A stretch of 64,000 bases of DNA from Candidatus Entotheonellaceae bacterium. GTDB taxonomy: Bacteria > Tectomicrobia > Entotheonellia > Entotheonellales > Entotheonellaceae. The DNA lies in NCBI GenBank assembly GCA_965238075.1, contig OZ250173.1:96001-160000 (forward strand). The letters run 5' to 3'. Under the pieces are notes generated by a model. That model saw nothing but the letters and a program-made list of their open reading frames with translations, was not told the DNA's origin and did not search any database. The translations under genes and the position numbers were made by a program. This document shows positions 50,060 to 59,329 of this stretch, in pieces. Every line of letters begins with the position of its first letter. The stretch's first letter is position 1.

Positions 50060-50256
50060 GTCTTCTCCGTATGGTGTCCGCGCTCCGAATGGCAGGAATT
50101 TGCGGGGAGGATGGGTTCCTGGAGCGTCAAGGCGGATTCCTCAACGGAAGCGATTTCTCCGGCTGGCTCGCCTTCCCATGGCAATCACGTCTCCCCGTCA
50201 TTCACGGATAGCCGAATCGAGGGTTGTGCGCCGTCTTCCAACTCGCCGATGTGGGG

Positions 50257-51381
50257 TTAGTGCCCTGTCCCCCGAGCCACAATGGGCCACAGGGCTTCCA
50301 CGCGGTTGTTGCGTAGGCCAACGTACCAGTCGTAGAGGTTGACCGTCGGGTCGCAATGACCCGGGATGAGTCGCAGCTTGTCGCCGATGCGCACTGGGCT
50401 GTCGGGGTCGTGCAGCAGGACCTTGCCGTGCTCGTCGGAAGCGCCGGCGTACTCGGCCTGCGGCACATCAGCCACCTGCGGCAGGCCGGAGTCCACGCTC
50501 AACGCCTTCAACCCGGCGTCGACCACCGCCCATTCGTTGTTCCGTCGGCTCATCACCGTGGCGTACACGAACAGGCTATGCTCAAACTCCCGCCACGGCG
50601 CGCCGTCGGCGGCGAGATTCCTGCCGTAATCCACATCCATGAAGATATACGAACCGGCCTGCAGTTCGTTGTAGACCTGGCTGGCGGCCTCGAACGAATA
50701 GGTGCCGCTGCCGGCGCCGGTGACGAGCTCGCATTCCAGGCCGTGCTGCGATAGCAGGTTCGTCGTGTGCTGCACCTGTTCGACGGCTTGGCCGATGGCC
50801 TGCTGGCGTTCCTTGAACGACCGCAGGTGCTGCGCCCGTCCCTGATAAGCCTGCAGCCCGGCAAAACGCAGCCCCGGCGCCTGATCGATTTGCTGCGCCA
50901 GGCTCAGTGCCGCTTTGCCCGGCTGCACGCCGCAGCGGTTGGCGCCCACATCGACCTCGACCAGTACCGGCAAATCAATCTTGTAGGCCGCCGCCACCTC
51001 GCTAAGGTCCCCAACGTTCCCCGCATCGTCGGCGCACACGTATATCTGCGCCTGCTGTGCCAGAGCCGCTAACCGCTTCAGCTTGGCGGCCCCGACGACC
51101 TCGTTGCTGACCAGAACGTTCGGCACGCCGCCGTACACCATGGCCTCCGCTTCCCCAACCTTCTGGCAGCACACTCCCACGGCCCCAAGCGCCATCTGGC
51201 GCCGGGCGATGACGGCGCACTTGTGCGTTTTGGCATGCGGCCGCAATCGCACCGAAGAACCCGCCACCGCCGCGGCCAGGTGCTGTAAATTCCGCTCGAA
51301 GGCATCCAGGTCGATCAGCAAGGCCGGGGTGTCGACCTCCTCGAGGGCCATCCCGATGTCCGCTGGTGGACGAGTCGTCAT
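50257..51381 (-). CDS. DSD1-family fold-type III PLP enzyme (D-threonine aldolase / 3-hydroxy-D-aspartate aldolase-like)
   Basis: TPAL, RPHAKTHK, CCQK..EAE, GLQAYQG, GSYIFMD, SDEHG, PGHCDPTVN; AAGGAG RBS. Confidence 0.9.
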   Translation of the reverse strand: MTTRPPADIGMALEEVDTPALLIDLDAFERNLQHLAAAVAGSSVRLRPHAKTHKCAVIARRQMALGAVGVCCQKVGEAEAMVYGGVPNVLVSNEVVGAAKLKRLAALAQQAQIYVCADDAGNVGDLSEVAAAYKIDLPVLVEVDVGANRCGVQPGKAALSLAQQIDQAPGLRFAGLQAYQGRAQHLRSFKERQQAIGQAVEQVQHTTNLLSQHGLECELVTGAGSGTYSFEAASQVYNELQAGSYIFMDVDYGRNLAADGAPWREFEHSLFVYATVMSRRNNEWAVVDAGLKALSVDSGLPQVADVPQAEYAGASDEHGKVLLHDPDSPVRIGDKLRLIPGHCDPTVNLYDWYVGLRNNRVEALWPIVARGTGH

Positions 51382-51654
51382 CGTTGCTTCTCCTTTGCGT
51401 GTCGGTGTGTGCCAGACCCGGTACAAGGCCGGATGTCCGATTATAGGACAATGCCGACGCATGTTAAGGCCCCGGACGGAATCCATCATGAAGGGCAGGG
51501 GCATAAAAGGCGTATTAGATAAAGAGCATCGGGGGTAATGAGTCAGGCAGCCACTTGCCATTCAATGGGCAAGCGCTCGGCCGTGTCCATCAAAGATGCC
51601 GTAGCCGAATCTGGCACTCTGTGACAGCCATGTTGTTACTGGGCCTACTACTTG

Positions 51655-51808
51655 GAGAGTGCCAAAAAGTGTGGGGCGATTGCGGATTTGTGCGGGTGGT
51701 GGCATAAGTTGAGGAGGTCGGGTCTGTAAGTATCCAAAGGTATTGTTCAAGAAGGGCCGACTGCTGGAGCTCAGCGCTGCACCCTCCCCTGCCTGTTTTG
51801 GCACTCTC
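51655..51808. mobile_element. MITE / internally deleted IS (tentatively ISKra4/ISAzba1-like ends)
   Basis: Perfect TIRs GAGAGTGCCAAAA / TTTTGGCACTCTC, no coding capacity. First ~54 bp match the element end at 61858-61911. Confidence 0.75.
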
Positions 51809-51809
51809 C

Positions 51810-51851
51810 ACCATTAACGAGACAACCGCCTGAAAACTGTCCGAAGTATTG
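51810..51851 (+). mobile_element. Terminal scrap (last codons + right end) of the DDE IS also present at 53923 and 59245
   Basis: ACC ATT AAC GAG ACA ACC GCC TGA (TINETTA*, cf. TISEMAA*/TIADRAA*) followed by CTGTCCGAAGTATTG. Confidence 0.7.
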
Positions 51852-52568
51852 CCAATGCAAGCTGTGCGAAAACTGACGTGGTCACCAAAACGGTGACCAC
51901 GTACCTCCGTGCTGACCAGTCTGCTTTGCTGTCATGTGCCATCCCGTGTTCTCCTTGGGACTTCCGACAATCCCGCCTCCTCTACTTTTGCCGATGTTAA
52001 CACCAGCTTCGTATAAGTCTCCAATATGTATACTTTGAATTGGCGCCATTACTGGCCGAAACGGCAGTCGCGGCAGGCGCCCTGCCGAAAATTTCCACCC
52101 CTAATAACGACGTAGACTGCGCCTCGAAACGGTGCGGCGAATTTGTCCTGAAAGGGCTGTCGTCCGGTCCTGAGTGGGGTACGGATGGGAGATTTTGACG
52201 CCGCACCCTGCCGTGGCGTTTCCCCAGTTGAAGGTCGCAACATCGCGCCTGACACGCCTGGATGGATAACCTCCCTCTGCCCGCTGACCCTCTGTCGGGC
52301 AAGGCTTCTCTCCAGACTCACGTCCAACTCCCCTGCTACCCCTTGATGATTCCTTCGATGCGGTTGTCCTGGCGTTCACAGTTGAGGTGACTCCTAGGGG
52401 TGTATCGAGGCGGTCGCTCGCCGCAAAATGATGCCTGGTTAGGCAATCTGCCCAGGTGGTTCTGATGCCGACAGTTAGACACAACCGGCAAGGGCTTTTC
52501 CACAGTTTGTGGGGAAAAATGGTGCCTTGTAGGGACTGATTCGGGATGTTATCCGCTCCGAAGTGGTA

Positions 52569-52847
52569 CTAAATAGGAACCTCTTCTGATTCCGCCAGTT
52601 TGAGGATGGCCCAGCGGATGGCGTTGAGCTTGCTGCGCCCGGTGCGACGCGCAAGGGCTTCCAGGCGAGCGTATTCGTAGGCGTTGAAGGGCACCCGAAT
52701 GGCCTTGTAGTTGTGGGCGGCGTGGGGGTCGGCCGGGGGGACGTCGACGGCCACAGCAGGCGGCCCGCCGTTGTCGGCGCCGGCGGCGAAGGCTTCCACC
52801 TCCTCCACGCTGGGCCGGTGGCCGGCGGCGGGTCGGCGTCTGATCAT
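52569..52847 (-). CDS. Small ParA partner (type Ib centromere-binding/RHH-like protein)
   Basis: Overlaps the parA stop; EAFAAGAD N-terminal motif and C-terminal IRVPFN.YEY.RL..LA...GRS fold pattern. Confidence 0.75.
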   Translation of the reverse strand: MIRRRPAAGHRPSVEEVEAFAAGADNGGPPAVAVDVPPADPHAAHNYKAIRVPFNAYEYARLEALARRTGRSKLNAIRWAILKLAESEEVPI

Positions 52848-53476
52848 GTGAACACCTCCTTAGAAAGCGACCGCACCTCGGCGACAGCCTTGCGGTTGTC
52901 CGTATCAACAACGCCGCGGCCGTCGCTGATGGCGTCGCGGTAGACCTTGCGGTCGCGGACGATGGTCGTCAGAAGCCGGATGTCGGGATAGTCCAGCAGG
53001 TAGGCGCGCGCCTCCTTGACTTCGCGCACCAAGGGATTGGTGGGGGCCATGGTGAGGACGCCGTAGGCCGTGAGGCCGGGATTGAGGTCCCTGGCCTGAG
53101 TAATGATGGCCTGCAGGGTCGGCAGGGTGTCGAGGTCAGGCTGTGAGGGGCGCATGGGCACGAGCAGGACGTGGGTGGCGATCATGCCGGTGCGCAACTC
53201 GCGGCTGTCGCGCCCGGCGGCGTCGACGACGACGTGGTCGTAGCGGCGGTCGAGGTCGATCAGGGCGTTGCGGATGTTGTCGTATTTCTGGACACAGTGG
53301 ACCACCGGCAGGCCGGGGTGCTCGGCGCGGTCCATGGCCCAGGTGGCGGCGGTACCCTGGCGGTCGGCGTCGACGAGGATGACGTCGCGGCCGCGTTTGG
53401 CGAGCTCGGCGCAGAGGTTGACGGCGATGGTGGACTTGCCGCAGCCACCCTTCTGGTTCCCGACGAGTACAATCAT
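52844..53476 (-). CDS. parA: Plasmid/phage-type ParA ATPase (short, type Ib)
   Basis: QKGGCGKST, VDAD.QG, VVVDAAG, P..PS..D, R.VYR.A...GRGV; no N-terminal HTH. Confidence 0.9.
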   Translation of the reverse strand: MIVLVGNQKGGCGKSTIAVNLCAELAKRGRDVILVDADRQGTAATWAMDRAEHPGLPVVHCVQKYDNIRNALIDLDRRYDHVVVDAAGRDSRELRTGMIATHVLLVPMRPSQPDLDTLPTLQAIITQARDLNPGLTAYGVLTMAPTNPLVREVKEARAYLLDYPDIRLLTTIVRDRKVYRDAISDGRGVVDTDNRKAVAEVRSLSKEVFT

Positions 53477-53922
53477 GGTACCGATTTCATATGAATTAAG
53501 CGGGATTCTTATATGGATTCTGTATGAATCCAATACGGAATTAGTACCAGAAAAGTATCAGCAAGGAACCGGGACGGTCAAGGAGAATCGGCGGCGCTGG
53601 TGGTTTTCCTCCTAGGGCTGTGGCGGTGATGCATGGCGTGTGGCTTGGGCGGGACGCACGGAATCGTATGCGGCGGGGTCTTGGTTCCGCATCAGGGTGG
53701 ACCCCTTCAAAGGGGGTGGGTCAGTACCACGCTCTCGATGGTATGGGGCTCGGTTGCGTTTGAGACCATGCAGCCCATACTGCCACGTCGTATCGTACCC
53801 TGTGTGGACAGGCGGGCTCCACGCTTCAAGACGTTACCCCCGCGGCTTCCCGAGTTCCGCCAGTTGACGTACCCCTAGACAACCCATATTGATGGACCGA
53901 ATAGTCTGCGGGGCATCTCTAA

Positions 53923-54400
53923 CAATACTGCGCACAGAAATTAAGCAGCCATCTCAGAGATGGTGCCATAGTTACACAGCTCTTGGTAATCGGGGCTGGA
54001 TTTTTCCAGGCTATGCCCCTGGGCTAAATGCTGAGAAATTCGCTCCAGCAGATGTTGGTTGAAGGCGCGGCGTTTGAGGCTCGCCATGGAAAACCCTGCC
54101 TGGGCGCCGCAATCGCTTTGCTGTCGCGCTTCCAGCTTGCCCAAGGTCAGAGCTACTCATACTGGCATTGAAGTGAAAATGCAGCTTCGCTTGGGAGCGC
54201 GTATGACAGGCATTCAGAGACGTAAACTGCTTGGCATCCCTGAAGAGAAACTCGATCTGGAAGCGTGCTTTGTACCCACGATAAAGCGTCTGCGCATCCA
54301 AGTCGGTATCGCTGCTGAACAGAATCGCCCGCCGCTGGGTATGGGTATCCACGACGAGCACGACGCGCAGGTTGCGCCGAAGATGAACGTGGTTGAGGAC
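53923..54400 (-). mobile_element. Truncated, frameshifted DDE transposase remnant with right end (IS4/IS701-like clan, possibly ISLbi1-like)
   Basis: YKARFQIEFLFRDAKQ, HFHFNAS; end CAATACTGCGCACAG at 53923; frameshift ~54154; cut by ISAs1 at 54400. Confidence 0.82.
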
Positions 54401-55658
54401 CAGGGCAATCGCTATTTTAACGATGCCAGTAGCGGGCTCTCTCCAAGCCCTATGATAGGTTTCTCAAAACGAATGACTCATCAGAGGAGCCAAGGCCATG
54501 GCGTGCATGCCCGACGTATCGATCGTTTCCCACTTCAAAGACCTGCCAGACCCGAGAATCGAACGCGCCAAGAAGCATCGCCTCATCGACATCATCGTCA
54601 TTGCTCTGGGGTCCATCATGGTCGGTGGCGACGGATTCCGGGACATGGAACTCTTTGGCAAAAGCAAACAGGCGTGGCTGCAGCAATTGCTCGACCTGCC
54701 CAATGGCATCCCCTCGCATGACACTTTTGGGCGGGTCTTTGCCCGCCTCAATCCCAAACACTTCCATCCGTGCTTCCTGTCATGGGCCCAGGCCGTCTCC
54801 AAGCTCACCCAGGGCGCCGTGGTCTCGCTCGATGGCAAAACCGTCAAAGCGTCGTTTGACCGGGCCACCGAACTGTCCCCCGTACATGTGGTATCAGCTT
54901 GGTGCTCGCAAAACGGCGGGCTCGTCATGGGCCAACTCAAGACACACAGCAAGTCCAATGAAATCACCGCCATTCCGGAACTCTTGAAGCTCCTGGCCAT
55001 CAAGGGTTGCATCGTGACGATCGACGCCATGGGATGCCAGAGAGCCATCATCAGGCAGATCCTCGACCAACAAGGCGATTATCTCGTCACGCTCAAGGGC
55101 AATCACAAAAACACCTACCGTGCCGTCACTCGTTACTTCCATGACCACGTCGAGCACAACTTCAGCCTGCGAGATGAGGACACCTTCTTCGATGCCTTCG
55201 ACGTCTCCCACGGTCGGCGGGTTCGACGACGCCTCTGGGTACTACGCGACCTTGGCGGCATTGCTGAACTGGAGAAGTGGCCCGGAGTCAACTCGATCAT
55301 TGCGGTTGAAACGATCCGTGCGGCGCACGGCCGCGCCAAGGTCACCAGCAACTATCGCTTCTACCTGTCCAGTCTGACTCGCTGCGCGGCAGACTTTGCG
55401 GCCTTGATTCGTCAACACTGGCACATTGAGAACAAGCTGCATTGGTCTCTGGACGTTGCCTTCAATGAAGACCGCTGTCGGATTCGTAAAGACCATGCTG
55501 CGGCGAACATGGCTGCCTTGCGGCGTCTGGCGTTGAATCTATTACGACAGGAACGCTCCAGAGCCCTCAGCGTCAGGCAGAAACGACTCCTTTGCAGTCT
55601 CGATGACGGGTACTTGTTACAAGTATTGGCAGGGGCAACTTGAAATGCGATTGCCCTG
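54401..55658 (+). mobile_element. ISAs1-family insertion sequence, 1258 bp
   Basis: TIRs CAGGGCAATCGC / GCGATTGCCCTG; no flanking duplication. Confidence 0.92.
54498..55643 (+). CDS. ISAs1 transposase (intact)
   Basis: DPR, GIPSHDTFGRVF, DGKT, KSNEITAIP, IDAMGCQ, KGN, HWHIENKLHW.LDV.F.ED. Confidence 0.95.
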   Translation: MACMPDVSIVSHFKDLPDPRIERAKKHRLIDIIVIALGSIMVGGDGFRDMELFGKSKQAWLQQLLDLPNGIPSHDTFGRVFARLNPKHFHPCFLSWAQAVSKLTQGAVVSLDGKTVKASFDRATELSPVHVVSAWCSQNGGLVMGQLKTHSKSNEITAIPELLKLLAIKGCIVTIDAMGCQRAIIRQILDQQGDYLVTLKGNHKNTYRAVTRYFHDHVEHNFSLRDEDTFFDAFDVSHGRRVRRRLWVLRDLGGIAELEKWPGVNSIIAVETIRAAHGRAKVTSNYRFYLSSLTRCAADFAALIRQHWHIENKLHWSLDVAFNEDRCRIRKDHAAANMAALRRLALNLLRQERSRALSVRQKRLLCSLDDGYLLQVLAGAT

Positions 55659-56970
55659 TCCCGTACCGCTCTTCCCAGAGATCGAAGGACGGTAGGGGGA
55701 GATGGGTGTCAGGGTCGCGGTGGGCGAGCAGGAAGTCAGCGGATTTGAGCACGAGCTTCTTGTACAGCGGCCCAATGAACTCAATATCCCTTGCGCGTTC
55801 GTGGTGTATCCACAGCGCCCAGAGCACCAATGCGTCGAGTCCTCCTGGATCGGGAGTACTTGGCGACCATCCACCAGCCAGGGGTGCCAGGAGCTAGCCA
55901 ACGACCCATCCGGATTGTAGTGCTGCATCAAGTATCCTTCGTCCGAGAGCACGTCTGCGCAATAGTTGAAGAACCGCTGACACACGTCGGCATACCCGGC
56001 CTTCGCGAGCGCGGCAGCCACAAACGCTCCATCGCGACCCCACATGTAGGAATAGGTATCCTTGCCGAAGCGCACGATATCCGAATCGTTCGCCGGGATA
56101 ATCGCGCCGCGGTTGTCGATCTGTGTTCTGAGAATAAGAAGGCTCCGATTGAACAGATCGGTTACCTCAGTGGGAAGGTCTCCGAAGGATCGGGGTTCCT
56201 TCTGAATCCATGCTCCCCAGTAGTTGGATGTGAGCTTGATCATCTCGGCGGGTGTCTTCTCGAGGACGATCTCATTGAGTCGCGTCACGTCCCCGTATCC
56301 TGTGCCAGCCGTCACCCAGTAGAACGCCGTGGCGCTTCGTCCGGGCGGGACGTCAAGGGATATGGCGATGGTAGAGTCGGGGAAGCCCCACGCGGCTGGA
56401 TTACGGCTGAGCTTGCCATCCTTCGGCGTCGGTCCACGATCCTTGCTCGCAGAGGTGGTCTTTGACCGCACACGCGAACTCCTTCACTCCCCACGACGCG
56501 ACCGTGCCTCCGTTGACGAGAAAGAATCGGTTGGCGTTGTAGTGCACGATAGAACTGGTCCGCGGATCGAAATACGCCGTGTCCCCGATGTCGTGGCCGT
56601 ACACGTGAAAGTCGTGCGCGAAGAAGAGCGTCACATGCCGCGCGGTCTCTTCCAGGTTGACCACGCGGAACTCTTTCAGATAGATGTTCAAATCGAAGTC
56701 GACAGCGTCACAGCATCGCAGCTCCAACCCGAGGGCCTGGTGCCTGAGCACCACATTCGTGACCAAACTATCGTCACGATACCGGAGATCCCGTGTCCAC
56801 TCTGACCCGATCCAGGCGAAGCGCCCATCGGCCCAGACACCGAACCGGGAGGGGTGCCCCTTGGAATGATTTTCCTGGCCGACGTGGGGAAAGTAGATGT
56901 CGCGAATCCGGTAGTCCGAGTCGAAATTCAGAAGGAAGTTGCCGTTGCTGACGGGAAGGTCCTTGGGCAT
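55659..56970 (-). pseudogene. Glycoside hydrolase family 15 (glucoamylase/trehalase-like), frameshifted twice and 3'-truncated
   Basis: IYFPHVGQENH, GAII.ANDSD, YSYMWGRDG, SSWHPW, IQED, SFDLWEER in three frames; ends at the ISAs1 TIR. Confidence 0.85.
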
Positions 56971-56986
56971 CGGCGGCTCCGCCTCG

Positions 56987-58246
56987 TTATCCGGCTACGC
57001 TCTCGAGGAGCAGCCGCTCGTGGAATCCAGGCTGACGGCGATGATAGTCGCTGATGACCCCGCGGTAGATGTCGGCGTACCTCGTCGCCATCCGAGTCGT
57101 GGAAAAGTGGGTGCCGACGTGCCGTCTACAAGCCTGCGGGTCGAGGCTGGCCAAGTGTGCTTCGGCCGCGACCATCTCCTCCATAGAGTTCACGACGAAC
57201 CCGGTACGGCCGGTGGCCACGATCTCCGACACAGCTCCCTCGTCGAACGCGAGCACGGGCGTGCCACAGGCCATGGATTCGAGCAGGACGAGGCCGAAGG
57301 GCTCCCGCCACCGAATCGGAAAGAGCGTGGCGCGGGCGTGCCGGTACCATTGTTTCTTCTGGTCGCCGCCGAGCTCGCCGATGTAGACGACCTGGCCGGA
57401 GCCCACCACGGGCTGAATGACACGTTCGAAATAGTCTGCCTCAACCGGAACCCGGCTCACGTCGACGCATGCGTCGAGCGAAGGCTCAAGGCCGGCGAAG
57501 AACGCGGCATCGTCTGACTTGTTCTGCACGCACCCGGCGATCACGAGTGTCGAACCCGTCCGCCGAGCGAGTTCAATGGCGCGATCCTGTCCCTTGACGC
57601 GTGACACCCTGCCGATCATGAAGAGGTATCCGCCGCGGGTGGGAGTCGTGTTGAACGGGAAGTCGTTGATGTCAATGCCGTGATGGACCGTGCCCCATGG
57701 CTTGACGATGGGCGCGTACTCCGCCGATTGACTATCGCTGATCGCTACGAAGTACACCGACTGCTTGGCGACGAGATCCCGGCGCAGGCCGCTTGCGGAT
57801 GCCGGGACGTGAAGAGTCATGACGATCGGCACAGGCGGGTTAAAGGTGCCGTCATAGATATAGTCCACCCACTCGTGCATGTGGATGATGTCGACATCGC
57901 CCATGGTCGTCCGGTCCAAGGCCGCCGACAGATGGCGTTCGATGAGGTCGCGTCGTTCTGCCGTGTCGTCGCACGCGTAGTTCCCAAGGCTCCGAGGCAC
58001 GGTGACGTGCCGCTCTCCCGAGATCCTCGCATCCGCGCTGCAGGCCACGATGGAGCGATGGCCGCAGGAACGCAGGCCCCGGTGAATGTTTTCGACGATG
58101 GTTTCGATTGGATTGTAGCCCAGATCTGTTCCGATCGGCTTGTTGAGAGTACCGATATGCAGCACCGTGAGCCTGCGGCCCTCCGGCTCCAGCGTCAACG
58201 GGGGTGGGGCCAGCCCATCCTGCTCAGACAGTACCAGCGCCGACAT
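56987..58246 (-). CDS. GT4-family glycosyltransferase
   Basis: DIIHMH, MTLH, AISDSQ, VHHGID, GRVS.VKG, PIRWREPFGLVLLESMACGTPV; AGGAG RBS. Confidence 0.9.
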   Translation of the reverse strand: MSALVLSEQDGLAPPPLTLEPEGRRLTVLHIGTLNKPIGTDLGYNPIETIVENIHRGLRSCGHRSIVACSADARISGERHVTVPRSLGNYACDDTAERRDLIERHLSAALDRTTMGDVDIIHMHEWVDYIYDGTFNPPVPIVMTLHVPASASGLRRDLVAKQSVYFVAISDSQSAEYAPIVKPWGTVHHGIDINDFPFNTTPTRGGYLFMIGRVSRVKGQDRAIELARRTGSTLVIAGCVQNKSDDAAFFAGLEPSLDACVDVSRVPVEADYFERVIQPVVGSGQVVYIGELGGDQKKQWYRHARATLFPIRWREPFGLVLLESMACGTPVLAFDEGAVSEIVATGRTGFVVNSMEEMVAAEAHLASLDPQACRRHVGTHFSTTRMATRYADIYRGVISDYHRRQPGFHERLLLESVAG

Positions 58247-58574
58247 GTGAGGCTCCTATCAAAACTCATGGACTGCGAGCGCCCTGGCGCGCCCACAGCG
58301 GGACAGCGACCCGAACGCGGCGCCGAGAAGAGCCAGTTCGCGGGGTCGAGAAAACAGTGCGAAGGCTTTGGTGAGGGTTGGAACTCAGGACTCGACGGGG
58401 ATGCCGAGGGTCAGCGACAGGACTCAATAAGGCGCCGAACTTCAAGAGTATACATCCATTGCTCGTTCACCGCTCGTTCACCGCCCGCAGCCGGTAACCG
58501 TGCGCCACGTGGTTGGTCAGCGCGAAGCCGTTCCCGGCGCCGGCGCGGTCGGCTGGGAGACACCTGGCATCTCG

Positions 58575-59245
58575 ACGACGGGGTTCGCGCCTTGGGGCTT
58601 CGCCAGATGGGTAAATTACGCCGTGACGCCAATCTGCGCTATCTCTACCAAGGAGTAGGGCGCCCGGGACCAGGGCGTCCCAAGACCTATGACGGCAAGG
58701 TCCAGTGGGACGACCTGTCACGCTTTGAGCGGGTGCACAGTGAAGACGACGGTATTGTTCTCTATCATCAAGTCCTCAACCACGTGCATCTTCGGCGCAA
58801 CTTGGGTGTCGTGCTTGTGGTGGATACCCGCACTCAGCGGCGAGCGGTGCTGTTCAGCACCGATACCGACTTGGATGCGCAGACGCTTTATCGTGGGTAC
58901 AAAGCACGCTTCCAGATCGAGTTTCTCTTCAGAGACGCCAAACAGTTTACGTCTCTGAGTGCCTGTCAAGCGCGCTCGCAGGCCAAGCTGCATGTTCACT
59001 TCAATGCCAGTATGAGTGCTCTGACCTTGGGCAAACTGGAAGCGCGACAGCAAAGCGGCGGTGCTCAGGCAGGGTTTTCCATGGCGAGTCTCAAACGGCG
59101 CGCCTTCAACCAACATCTGCTGGAGCGAATTTCTCAGTATTTAGCCCAGGGGCATAGCCTGGAAAAATCCAGCCCCGATTACCAAGACCTTTGTAACTAT
59201 GGCACGATCGCTGACAGGGCGGCCTAAATTCTGTCCGAAGCATTG
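58575..59245 (+). mobile_element. 5'-truncated DDE transposase remnant with right end (same IS as 53923-54400)
   Basis: GKLRRDANL, GRPKTYDGK, LFSTD, YKARFQIEFLFRDAKQ; stop at 59227; end CTGTCCGAAGCATTG. Left boundary approximate. Confidence 0.85.
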
Positions 59246-59329
59246 CAAGGTCTGAATTAGCTGAATTGAACGTTTGCCAGCTGATGGCATGCGCCCGCCG
59301 GGCCCGAGCCCGACAGGCGCATCGGCGGC

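Noticed and set aside
51997-52484. ORFs as a plasmid Rep or integrase
   Set aside because: No recognisable motifs or RBS; treated as non-coding or decayed.
52569-53476. Toxin-antitoxin pair or chromosomal parAB
   Set aside because: The large gene is a deviant Walker A ATPase and the partner has neither a ParB/Srx domain nor toxin motifs.
57680-59227. 515-aa ORF as a full-length transposase or fusion
   Set aside because: The first ~300 codons are antisense to GT4 plus intergenic sequence; only the part after ~58575 is transposase.
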